A stretch of 64,000 nt of DNA from Hydrolagus affinis (taxonomy: Eukaryota): NCBI GenBank assembly GCA_012026655.1, contig JAAILG010000035.1, positions 62,001 through 126,000 on the forward strand, in the 5' to 3' direction. A model generated the notes under the pieces. The model was not told where the DNA came from, did no database searches, and worked only from the letters and a program-made list of their open reading frames with translations. Both the position numbers and the translations under genes were made by a program. Shown in pieces: positions 26,566 through 38,824 of the stretch; position 1 is the stretch's first letter; every line of letters starts with the position of its first letter.

Positions 26566-28119
26566 AATCTTATACAAAGTATTCGAGAGCTTTTGTTGTT
26601 AACACCACCAGAACAAATTTGTTTTTATTCTAACTCATTTCTAAAAGAACAACAAGAGAAGCAGGAGCTGGTTTCAGTTTCTCTGTGTCGAGCATTTTGA
26701 AACTAGGTCTCCCTCCTTTTTAAATCTTACCATATTTCCCAGAAAACAACAATAACAACTTGCATTTATTTAGCTCCCCTCATACAAGGTAGCATCCCAG
26801 AGCACATCATGCTTTGCTGCATATCCTTCTGAAATTGTGGAGGTTTTTTTTTAATGTTGTTAAACTTGTATCATATCTGGATGGTTGTGGTTAAGTATTT
26901 TTTTTTTCGCTGTGATTTTAAACAGGACATCTCCTTTTTTAATGTTCCTGATCTGTGAGCTTGCGTGGTCTTGTTTGGAACAACCAAGATCCTTATCAGT
27001 GCGAGACTCACCGCAAAATTTGGGGATTGCGCAAAGCTGGCTAGAAAAATCCAAAAACATACTCACTGCCTTTTCCAGGTTGGGAAATGCACGAGACCTA
27101 TGCTATTTGAGCAATAGAGGAGCGGTAATTACATGTACACAGTATTTTTAGCTCAGAGCCAGCTGGAGGAGCATCAGTGTGACTTTTTGGATGCATCAAA
27201 TGGCACCAGAGTCCAACAGTGATAATCACAAGGGGTTGCATAAGAAAACAATCTGGAAGTAGTAATCAAGCCGCACGATTTTTTTCGTAGTCTAATACGC
27301 ACACACATATTCTGTGCCGTGGGTCTGGTACTGAATCACTGTAAAACAAGGTGCAGCACAGTGCTTTTTTCTGTTTAGCCCACAGACAGAACATCAACAT
27401 GCGTCCTTTTTGATGCATCCAAAAACTAACTTGTGTGAAATTTGTGGCTTTAAGTCTTGGTCAGCTAAGGATTAACCAATAAATTGTGGACTGTGAAGGC
27501 ATTCTTTAATGGGAATGATTCTCTCTTTGTGTTTTCCCATCAGAATTTATTCAGTGTTTTCTAAAACGGGGATGAAGGGTGGGGGAATGGAGACAGAACT
27601 AGTAATGTCTTTGATTTATAAAAGCTATCTGATCCTGTAGATGTAGATAATGGTTTGCAAGTACAATATTTGTATCGTTCTTTTTTGATTTGCATAGATT
27701 TACTTTTGAGACTCCATTAACCAAAGAAAATCTACATAATGCCCGGAGCTATTGCAGTAAAGCATCTCACTGAAATACAAGTAATCTTTTTACAAATTAA
27801 ACAAAGATGACTACTTGATATGAATTAAATAAAATAGCTTTCTTCAAAGCTCATCAAGGTAATGAAATAATAAGATTCTGATTTTAAAAAGAAAACTGTA
27901 GGGGGAAAATGTTTATAAAGTATAAACTATATATTAATATATATAAACTATATAGAAAAAAATATTAAATGGTCATAATCATCTTTCAGTCCATTTCAAA
28001 CCATTTCTAAAGTTATTTATTATTACTGGCAAAATATTACTTTTGTAGAGAACACAGAAGATAAACTGCTTATTAAGGGTGAATTATGGAAGTGCATTCC
28101 CTTCAAAACCTATTTCTTT

Positions 28120-28960
28120 TGGTCAGACGGGGTATGGCAGATACGGAAACCTATCATCATACTTAAGAATGCCCAGACAGAGAGTTCCACATATGTATAC
28201 CACCTACACGGAAATCTTCCTGTCTGAAATGCAGTGTGTAATCTCTCCCTAGACTCAGAGGAATGCACCCAACCTATTTAATTTCAGAGAGTATTCCAAG
28301 AGCCAAGGCGTGGGTCCTCAGAGTGTGTTTGAATTTAACGAGCTGATAGTGTAGTTTCGCTTTGAGAGCACTGTAGAAAGAAGCTTCCCGCTATTTGTCC
28401 AACTTGGACCACCCTATCCTATCAGGCTTCGGCTTGCAAGGGTAACGGAATCGATTGGAAAGATTCTCTCTTCCCTGCAAATCCTGCTGATGAGCCAGGG
28501 TAATGACTCATGAACCAGACTACACAGATCACCTTGGACAATTGACTCGATTTTGACATTCACCGAGCACATCATCTTTTGGGGGTCAGCTGGAAGTCTG
28601 ACACATGTGGAAGCCCCTCACTATGCTTATCAGTATCCAAAACAAACTGAGAATTCCATGGAAATTTCAGAGGTACATTGCTGAAATGGGATGTGCAATC
28701 TGTCCCTGTTGGGGAGCATCTGAGGCTTTGCCCCCAGAGTGTGTGTTTGGGTTCTGCTTAAATCTAACCATCTAAAACTACATAGCTTTCCAATGGTATT
28801 GCAGTCTGGCTAGCTTACCCGCTGCTTGTCTAGCTAGGATGATCCTACCCATTAGGGCTTTGGCTTGTGGTGTTAACGGGAGCTGAATGGGATGATTCCC
28901 TACCCCCAGTGACTGGTCTTCCTTTCTAAGTCCTGCTGCTGAGCCAGGCTGGCTGGAATA
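28120..28960 (+). repeat. Two tandem copies of an unclassified ~450-bp interspersed repeat
   Basis: 28120-28500 and 28575-28960 share ordered motifs with each other and with 46055-46420, 59670-60010 and 61050-61300 (see findings). Confidence 0.75.
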
Positions 28961-29673
28961 CCACGGACCCAGGTTGCTCAGGATCATGACAACTCAAACC
29001 GCCGCGGAGGGCTGGATTAATTCCGACATTCCGCTGCCAAGCATGTCACCTTTGAGCGAGTTGAGCTCCGAGGAGACCTCACTTACCTCACCTCTTCCCA
29101 CCTCGTTCCGAGGAGGATCATCAGCAAAATGAAGTACGATGATCCATGTGTGAGAAAGGACCTGGCACGCAGTACTGCTGGTTGGTTTAATTCCTTCATA
29201 AGTTGAACATTAAGTGCAGCTTTAAATTAACTGAAAATTCAATGAGTGCTGCTCACCAATGTGTTGGTGTTGTGTCATGGATGGGAATTACTTATTTTCA
29301 ATGAGCACACCAGATCAATTTTGTGGGCGGTAAGATTACTAATCACTTCCATGAAATAATTCGTCGTACCCAAGAAAACAGATGGATCGACTAAGCACTG
29401 CTATTTTCTTTTTGAAGTGTGTTTCTGGTTTAAATGTCAACAGATCATTGTGTTATAAAAGGCCTGAGCTGGGTTCAGATGAATCTTTCGCAAAAGTAAA
29501 ATAGATCTCTGATATGTTTTAAATTTTGTCAGTTTAGATATGTGGACACATTTAGAAGTGAATCTAATAGCTTTGAAAGGCTAACATTGTTTAGGCTGCT
29601 GTACTATATGTCTTTTCTCTACAGTTGTCTCTGAGTTTTTCATTTAGTTGAAATTTAAGATTTTATGTTACAG

Positions 29674-29784
29674 AGTGCTGCAGCCTGCGGGCTAGAGGCT
29701 CACAGTGATGCCATCCAGCCCGGCCACATCAGAGAGGTGATTCGACGATACAGCCACAAAATTGGCCCTCTTTCCCCCTTCACA
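29674..29784 (+). CDS. SUPT3H: SUPT3H penultimate coding exon (111 bp, phase 0 to 0)
   Basis: Acceptor ttttatgttacAG, donor GTACGT. Encodes [37 protein letters not shown] (human [37 protein letters not shown]). Confidence 0.97.
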
Positions 29785-30849
29785 GTACGTAATAACAGTG
29801 CTATAAAAAGTTATATTTATATGCAAGTGAATTTTTATTTTCAAGTGGTCAAAGTTCGAAGTATTGAAATTGCTGGGAGCAATTTGTGGCAACTGTAATT
29901 TTCATGAAGAAAAAAAACTCTCTGAAATTCTCTTGGGAGCATAAATACGCCATCTCTTTTTGGCAGCTTAAACATTACTAAATATTCTTTTTCATCACGG
30001 CTCCTGTTGTGTTTTCCATTACTTTAAATGCAGTACAGTTGCCACAACAAAACTCCTTTGACATGCAGGTTTGCATTGAATGTTTTACAGTCGTGTTACT
30101 ATATTTCGCAGGGTGTTTATTGCAGGTCTGCTGCGAGAGAGGACAAACCGTGTGTAAAGTTAACAAGTATCTGACACACCCCATTGTGTATTTTGTTTTA
30201 TATAATGTACTTCCATTTTAAAAACTGTGAACGATTGCATTTGGTTATCTGCCAGGGTCGAGCTGTGTTCTCTTGATGGCTACATCAAAGAAGCCACCAA
30301 CTCAAGAGCCAGTATGTGGTATTGGAATCTGGTCCAACTGGGTATTTATTGATTTGTTTTTAACCTCACCCTTTCCATTTGGTGCTGTTTCATTGATGTT
30401 TCATAAAATGTGTGTGGTACAGTCGGAGGGTTCTTGAGTGCATTTTATAATGGCGAAAATATTTCAGTTTTGTTACTTCGCATGACATTTGAGGATTATT
30501 ACGTTGCTAGTTCAGATCCAGGCATCAGGATGATTTGTAGATTTTCAAGAAAAGGGAGGGCTGGAGCACTGAATGTGGACACTTCACTCTCGAGTCCTGT
30601 AATATTGTCTGACCACCTCAGTTCTGCAGTCCTTCAAGCTTTTCTCATCAGCTGGTTGGGTCAAAAGTAATAGCTAGACTCTTAGCTTACTTTTTGTTAT
30701 CCATTTTTTATCCTACACAAAAAGTATATCCACTGTATGGATAAATAAAGTGCTAGGACCATAATCTTCCAACTATTTTATATAAATGTCTTTAATACGT
30801 AATCTAAAATAACATCCTTCCTGAATCATGTCTATTGATGTCTGTCGAT

Positions 30850-31420
30850 GATCTGCAGATCATCCAGAACTCTGCAGCTCATGTTCTCTCTCGCACCAAT
30901 CTCCACAACCACATTACTTCCACCCTCGCCTGGCTCCACTGGCTACCCATCCCCCAGAGGATCAAATTCAAGATCCTTGTCCTCACTTTCAAGTTTCAAG
31001 GCACATTCATGGCCTTGGCCCCTTCTATCTCTCCGACCTGCTGTCTCCCTATGAACCTGCCCGCCCCTTCCATTCAGCGGGCTCCGGTCTGCTCCATGTC
31101 CCCCGCCCGACCCTCCCTACTATAGGTGGATGGGCTTTCAGTCTCCCTGCCCCCACACTCTGGAACTCCATCCCACAGTCCCTTCCCCTTGCTTCCTCTC
31201 TTGTCTTCTTCAAAACCGGACTCAAGACCCTCCTCTTCAATCGTGTCTTCTGCCGCCCTCCCAACTCTCTCCCTCCCCTCCCAACTTCCTCCCTTCCCTC
31301 CCCCCTACCTTGCCCCTCCCCCTCACTCAAGTCCCGACCTGACTGTTCAGCACCTTGGGATGTCCTCCCAATGTGAAAGGCGCTTTATAAATGTAATTTT
31401 TTTGTTGTTATTGTTGTTGT
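30850..31420 (+). mobile_element. Young L2 3' end
   Basis: LQIIQNSAAHVL..LHWLPIPQRIKFKILVLTFK, a C-rich 3' UTR, then tgtgaaaggcgctttataaatgtaatt(TTG)n. Confidence 0.93.
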
Positions 31421-33600
31421 ATTGTGGTATCGCTACAAAAAATGATGGTCATCCGGGTGTCTGAGAATCCAAACCAAACTGAGACGTATGCACATATGCA
31501 CAACACTCTGAGACGCCGTCCAGTATGGAGGGCACTATATAAATCAAAGTTGTTGTTGTTGACACCTATGCATGGAAATTTCCCTGTACTATTGAATGTG
31601 ATGTGCATAATTTTTTGGGGAGGGATGCAGTGTTTATCTAATTATACAGTTGTTTCAATGAGTATTCTAGGTTTCAGCAAATTAAGTCATTTTGTTGTTT
31701 AAAGGAACAGGGAAACACGCACCTCAGCTTTAAAGCAAATATACTTGACCTTCGAAGCAGTGTCTTTCTGGATGTTAACTCGGAAAGAGGAGATAAAGAG
31801 AGTGCATGCAAACTGGGAGAGGTTCAGTATTTTCATTTCAGAAAGAAGAAAACAGAACACAGCAATCAAAACATATTTATTTCATAATACAGAGCAAATG
31901 TTAAAAAGATTAAGATAAGGAATGCTTGTTTTCTGTTTTCTGTTCCAGTTACCAGAGTCAAGACCCATGATTCAGATTGAATCACCGCACTCAGTTTTAG
32001 GCTTGATGTACAAAAGTTCAGTCAGCAACTAAGTGAATTGTTTAGAGATAAATAAAGATAGCGGTGGTCAGATGGTTAATGTGGGGGTGAGAATCTGCTA
32101 GAAAAGAGCAACTCTACTTGAGTCAGCAGTATCTAAGGGAAACAACATTACAAAGTTCAAGAATGAACTGCAAAATGAACATTCATATTACATGTATTGC
32201 AGGCTGGTTGAGTGCATGTGTTATTTTATGCCTTTGCTGACATATGTGGGTTGAAAATGGAGGCCTTTGCAAATTGGAGGTAGCGATCGGGATTGGCGCT
32301 TTCCTCGCAGGTTGTTTCTTAGCTGAGAGCAGGAATAAAGTCTCACAGAATGTGGGAGAGCACAACACGGGAGTTTGCCAACCCTCAGGATAATGATTTA
32401 TACAATGACCTGAGTTTCTCATTTCGCTCAGCGAGTATTGGCCCGCTGCATATCCCGCTGTCTGATCCTCTCAACAATCGGTGGGCCAGCTTTCAGCCAT
32501 TTCACCGCTGCTCTCAGGATCATTTTTAAGGCACACCTTAAAACATACCTGTTCATACACACAATCAGCCAGATAATTTCACATTTTCCTTCCCCATCTA
32601 CTTCAAGCCCTCCCTCCCTCCCTCCCATGTGTGACAAGCTAGCTGTGCAACATGCTTTAGACAGCTTTCCCATGTCAAAAGTGCCATATAAATTTCAATT
32701 GTATTGTATTAGTAAATGTGGTGTAGAATTTTTGGGAGCAAATTGCATATACTATGTGCCAGTAGAGCATTTTACCCACACATATACAGTCAATTCACTT
32801 TACAGTTTATTCTATGAAGTGCTTTGAGACATCTAGAAGACGTCAAAAAGCACTATATCAAATGCAAGGATTATTTTTATTATTGTTGAGTTCTGTTTTG
32901 CAAAAAACCTATTTAAAACAGATGGCGTAGTCTGATCCTACCCCCTGTCAGTTAATAGAAGAGAAGAATTGTCAGTAAAGCAGAGAAAGTGCAGCTCTTT
33001 TTACTGCAGGTTCCATGAGGACACGTGAGAGGTCTTTTAGGGAGAAAAATCTGAGAAAGCTGGAACTGAAAAATATAAAATGCGAGGCAGATAATTATTT
33101 CTGAATAGCGCTCTTTGATTAAACTAAGCTGTGTTGTATCTCTTTTTTTTTTTTAAGTGGCACAATTGCTATCCTGATTCAACCCAGCAAGTTGCGCGAA
33201 AATGAAAGGATGAGGAAAGATCCCTTATTTCAGTCGATTGTAATAGTGGAATGAAACCATGTTGTGTGACATGTTTAAGATTAGGGGTTGAAATTGATCA
33301 TGTTGTTCATGTCAGTTCTTTGACCTGCCTCAGTAACATTTGAGAGTCAGGACTGTATGATTCATGTAGCAGCACAGTCAGGGTGAAGGCTAAAACTACC
33401 ATATTCCAAAATACAAAAGTGACTCATTTTGTGCTGCTTCTAATGTTCAGTGTTAGCAGGAAGTTCCCGCACTGACATTTTGTATGATTTGCAGAACTTT
33501 GCAGCTTCAGCAATATTCCATTACCAGGCGAGTTAATTAGTGTTGCATCTTGCGCCATTTTAGGCTCGCTTTGAACAGAACCAGGAAAAGAAATACAATA

Positions 33601-34103
33601 CAGTCAATCTCACATATGTTGTATCTGGTGGGACCATAACATAAACGCAAAGTCCGATATGAAGGCAAACTGTGTAAGCTGTAGAAAATAAAATGTAATC
33701 AATAATCTACACAGAGCATAGTAATTTAATGCAGCCGGGAAGTGAGCCGGCGGTGATGGATTCAGCCAACATTTCCCGCGATTCGATGCGTCTTGTCACC
33801 TGTCACCGCATGCACACTTACCTGGAATCGCATTGAATTAGATGAAATAAAAGTTCTTCTGCCAATAAGAAGACGGATCAAGACCACTTTTGCTGCAAGT
33901 ACGCAATGCTTCAAAATATCAACACGTCATTTGCGCAATTCACGGCGGGAATAAGTGTGGGAGTAATGGAGAGTAGTGAAGCAGTGTTATGAGTTAAGAA
34001 GTAATTAATACGTATCTAAGTGGTTTGGGCAGGAAACTGAATTGAATGCACGACTTAGGCAATTATATGGTTTCTAAAGATAAGATTTATGCAACTTTTA
34101 CTG
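33601..34103. mobile_element. Old Tc1/mariner (pogo/Tigger-like) non-autonomous element
   Basis: TA|CAGTCAATCTCACATATGTTGTATCT ... AGATAAGATTTATGCAACTTTTACTG|TA: degenerate 26-bp inverted repeats (17/26 match) starting CAGT, TA flanks, CpG-rich interior. Confidence 0.5.
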
Positions 34104-35224
34104 TACAGTTCGTTTTATTTAACATCTTTTAATTGACACATCTCGGGAGGACGTGTCAAAGCATTCAATACTACTGGCTGGGCACCTGATCTGGAGGAGT
34201 GGGACCTGAAGGGGCGGGGAGGAGAAAGAAGACCAAAGACGCAATCAAAGAGGTAAAAAAGATACAATATATGGAGTGAAGTACAATCTCTTTAATTGAT
34301 ATTTCTCAAATTTGTGCTGCTGCCATGCTAAATATTTTTTCTTAATTTGTAGAATATCTTTCACAAAGTCTGGGTGCTCGGTATATTGAGAGCTGGAATG
34401 GACGTAGAAATGCTACAATTTGACTTGGTGTCATTGAGCTAAAAAGAACAGTCAGCCAAGGAACCACACTCCTGTGGACTGAGATTCCCTTTGGGTTTAC
34501 TTGTAGCACATTCTGCAGTGCATCGTTATAATGGGGAAATCCCACTGTCAGCAGATGCAGAGAAAATGGTTTTTACAGCATCATTGTGGTCAATGGCGTA
34601 TATGAATGTCAGTAATAAATGCGGTTGGGATTGGGTTTGATATACTGGACATTTGGATAGCCTGCTGACTGACTGGTCTCACATATTGTAAAATAGCCCA
34701 AACGCCAAGTTGCCCCTTCAGGACAGGAGAGAAGATTATGGGAATACGCAGAAAGGGCCCCAGGATACATAGGAAGTAACGTCTTTGTTTCTCTGCCACT
34801 GTTATTATAACAACAGCATCTTGCATTGATATAACACCCAATATATATCCTGTGTGAAGGGTTGTGTGTATGATTCATAAATAATTTCCTGTGTGTAATT
34901 ACAATAGGTGACTTGTTTGATCGTCAACTATCTTTGCCCCCCACCCACCACCACCTCTGTGACCTCCTAACCCCTCTATCATCTTGTCCATTTTCTCCTC
35001 TCAGCGGGCTCCGGTACTGTGGTGCAGTACAAGTCTAACTCCCTCTGCTTAAAAAAAAGCCTGATACTGTATCTAGTTTCTCAGGTCCCTGCCAATGTCA
35101 CTTCCTGAGCACTGTACAAGCCAGACATTTTTCCACACTTTGTTTTAATACAGAGGTCTGAGATTGTGGACGAAGACTACTGCATTATAACAGAGCTGTC
35201 TTGTGTGGTGACTTGCATTATATT

Positions 35225-35515
35225 GGAGTCCTGTAGCTCAGTGGTCGGAGCACTTGCCTCGCAAGCGAGAGACCTGGGTTCGATTCTCAGCAGGGTGAAA
35301 CCTTGAACAATTTCCCTCACTCTACATGCCTGATAATAATCCCTCAAGAAAAAAAACCAATAATAACAAAATTGGTCACTTCAATCCACGACTGTTTGTG
35401 CTGTGCGCAATTGGCTGTCACGTTTCGCCCACAAATGTATCATCTATTCTATGAAGCACTTTGAAACGTCTAGAAGAAGTGAAAAGCAGTATATCAAATG
35501 CAAGTATTATTATGA
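35225..35515 (+). mobile_element. tRNA-headed SINE, full length
   Basis: ggagtcctgtagctcagtggtcggagcacttgcctcgcaagcgagagacctgggttcgattc ... tatcaaatgcaagtattatta. Confidence 0.9.
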
Positions 35516-37804
35516 TCTAATATGCAACTAACAGGGTTCCTTAACAAAGAAACCATGAGTAAGTTACTCCGACCCATGGGAACATTTAAGGCAATTTACT
35601 TTTATAGCAGAGCTCTCAGTGTGACATACTTCCTGGTTCATCTAATGAGTGAACAATTAGAGATTGTTATATGTTAAGCAAGCTTTTTATTTTTGGTCAT
35701 ATATGGGTCTCAGACTAGGTTCATCTCTCACTGGTTTACTCACTGTCTCAGCCAGATAGAAATCTGCTTTTCTAAGAGGAGAATTTTGTTACGTTTTGTA
35801 AAGACTTTTGTAGGCTGTGGAACAGACTGAGTGCCAAAGGAAGGCCTTTGTATGTGTACAGTGGTTGCTACAACAGGACGGACTTCAGTATCTACGTTTA
35901 TTACAATGGTTGTGAAACCGAGAACTACTCCTAATCTTCTACATACAGCCTGTGATTTACTGTATGACTGAGTTAGTTGCTTTAAGTAACGTGATGCTGC
36001 TGAGTACAAAACTCATTCTGCTTTCCGAGCCACTGTATACGGAGTAAGTGACGTCCTCGTCTTAAGTCATTGAACTGTGTTATCTCATTTGGTATGAGAA
36101 CAAGAGTATGATCTATTGTGTCTGAATTATATCTGACTGAAGAAATTACCATTAATTTTCTTGTTCTACATGAGTCTGAAGTGGAACATAGGTGCCACCC
36201 TGTGGACATAAACAGGGCTCTGTAACAGTTGCTGAACAATCTCTTCATGGTGTCCCATGAAGACAACATTTGGTTAACGTCAGCCACTAGGACAATAATG
36301 GTGTGAGTTGTCCATCGCTTACAGTTGTCAGTGAGAGACCCTGTTGATAAAATCAAAGGTTCTTCTGTAAATGCAGCACTTCTATGGGGTAATTTCAAAC
36401 AGATTCCAACAAGTAAAGGCTATAAACAGTAGCTTTCATACATTATGGTTCAGGCAACGCTATGACTAGAGATGTATAATTTAAGATGATCCTATAAATT
36501 TTGCCACAGATCCTGCAGATAGATTGTGCACTCTTTCACAGGCACTAGTTAAGTAAATACATCAATGAAGATATCTTCACATTTTCACGAGATGAAATAT
36601 TGATGCTATGGATATTTGCTGCGACAGGCATCAAAACTCCCCCAAATACTATCAAAATAGCACAGCGTTGTATAATTTGAAACCTGCATGGAATTAATTA
36701 CAGGTACAAATGTTCTCAATTTGGGTGATTTTGAATTTCTCATTTGCAGTTTATTACATAGTCTTAATCTCCCGGTGAAATCATTTTCTTACAATCACGC
36801 CTCTGGTCATTGTTCCACATGTAACTACTGAAATCCCCGCTGTATGTGCTTAATCCTATTCATTAATACAGAGCGAGCATTTAGACTTCATACTTGCTGA
36901 CAGGTGAACAAATTAGAGCTTAACTTTCACACAGCCACATATGGACATCCTTGCAATGTGCATTTGGATTTCTCCCGAATGCTTTTGAGCAGAGGAGCTT
37001 GGAAAAAGAAGTTACTCCGTTTAATTTTTGGGGTCTGCTTCAAAGTACAAGGATATCGTTTTCTCAAGCAGGTTGAAATTGCACAGTTGAGTATTCTCTT
37101 GATGGAAGAAGAATGAAAATGATTGCTTGATGGGGCCACATAAAACTTTCCTTATGCCAAACCATGCCACGTTTTATTCCCGAATATATCAAATGTTTTC
37201 TGCTAGTTCTGGACTGCAGGGCTCTTGTGGGTTTCACCTTGAAGGAGATATTTTGGAGGTTTATTATCGATGATTATTGACTACTGACTGGGAAACGGGT
37301 GAACTGTGGTGAACCTGACAAATCTAACTTTTGAATATGGACACATTAGACACTAATGTCCACCTGAAATGTCACTACTCACAAAGGGAAGGGAGTTTCT
37401 CATAGTATCCTGAGTAAGAATTCCCCGCATAAAAATGGTCATCCACTTCATGGCTGTTCGTGGGGTATTGCTGTGCTACAATTGGCTGCTATGTTTCCCC
37501 TACAAATACAGTCACTGCACTTCACTGTAAAATCCAGTGAAGCTCTTTGAGACATCTGCATGAAAAGGCTTTATGCAAAGAATATTATTAGTTAATAAAA
37601 CAGGAAATTCTGAAATGTTATTAGACTGCATTGCAATATTTTTAAAAATGCTATTTGTTCTTGCATCAGGTCCCAGGATCTTTACTAATTCTACACGTCA
37701 GTTTGACTCACTTGGTAGCACTCTCACCTCTGGGTCAGAGTTAATGGTTACAAATCCTATTCCTGGATCCCAGCTTGTTCCATACACTCCAATACAGTGC
37801 TGGG

Positions 37805-37970
37805 ATACAGAATCTTACAGCACAGAAGGAGGCCATTTGAACCCATCAAGCCTGTGCCAGCTCTTTGAAACAGCTACCAACTGGTCCCACTTTAACCCAT
37901 AGTCTTGTAAATTGCTCCTTTTTGAGTACCTATCCATTCACTTTTGAAAACTACTATCAAATCTGGTTCC
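37805..37970 (-). mobile_element. CR1 tail fragment
   Basis: agaatcttacagcacagaaggaggccatt..ctgtgccagctctttgaa, as at 4170-4240. Confidence 0.7.
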
Positions 37971-38520
37971 AGTCTAGTTAGCCCTATATTGCTGGAGGTA
38001 CCGTTAATTCGGGTTGTAGTTATCGACCCCCTGACATAATGTGAACTGAGAAAAGAACTTCTGGTGACCTAACCAGCATATCTCAAGATTAATTGGTCAT
38101 TCAACCCATGTGTATTTTGTGGTAATTTGCTGTGAGCAAATTAGCTAAAAATAAAACTCTATGTTTGGCAATATTTACCTCTAAAGTACCATGAGATGTT
38201 TATATGTTATCAAATGCAACAATTATTTATTATTGTTACCTTAGTCATAGTGGCTTCTCCAGGGCAGACAGAGTTACATGCCTGTCTGTATTTAGTTGAC
38301 TTGATTGGGTCAGTGAGAAAAAGGAGCAGAAGAAGTTTTGCAATAGGTAGAATTCCTGAGACGGGTGGAATATACTGTATATAGGATCATTTGACAAAAT
38401 CCCAGGTGTGGCTGTCATAGGAACTTATTCAGAACTGGATCCTGAAAGGAAAGTCAGTGATCTCCATCGTTCCAGATTGAATTGCCTTCACAACATTCAA
38501 TACAACTTTGAAATATTCTT

Positions 38521-38824
38521 AATAATAATAATAATCATCCGTGCATTTGATATAGCCCTTTTCACATCTTCTAGACGTCTCAAAGCTCTTCACAGAACAT
38601 ACTGTAAAGTGAATTGACTGTATATTGTGGGCGAAATGCGGCAGCCAATTGCGCACAGCATTGTCCCACAAACAGTCATGGATTGAAATGACCAATTTGT
38701 TTTGAGGGATTAATATTAGGATTGTGGATTAAAGAAATTTACCATGGTTTTGCCCCACCTGGAAATTAACCCTGGTCTCTCACTTGTAAGGCGAGTGCTC
38801 TAACCACTGAGCTACAGGACTCCT
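38521..38824 (-). mobile_element. tRNA-headed SINE, full length
   Basis: (AAT)n tail at left and tctaaccactgagctacaggactcc head at right; collinear with 35225-35515. Confidence 0.9.

Noticed and set aside
32995-33016. YAG|GT candidates for recursive splicing in the 30.6-kb intron (also 47305)
   Set aside because: The reconstituted donors (GTTCCA, GTTTTG) are far from consensus.
35225-35300. tRNA-Ala-like sequences here and at 5255, 13824, 38824 and 55256
   Set aside because: These are SINE heads: each continues into the same SINE body and tail, and acceptor and T stems are imperfect.
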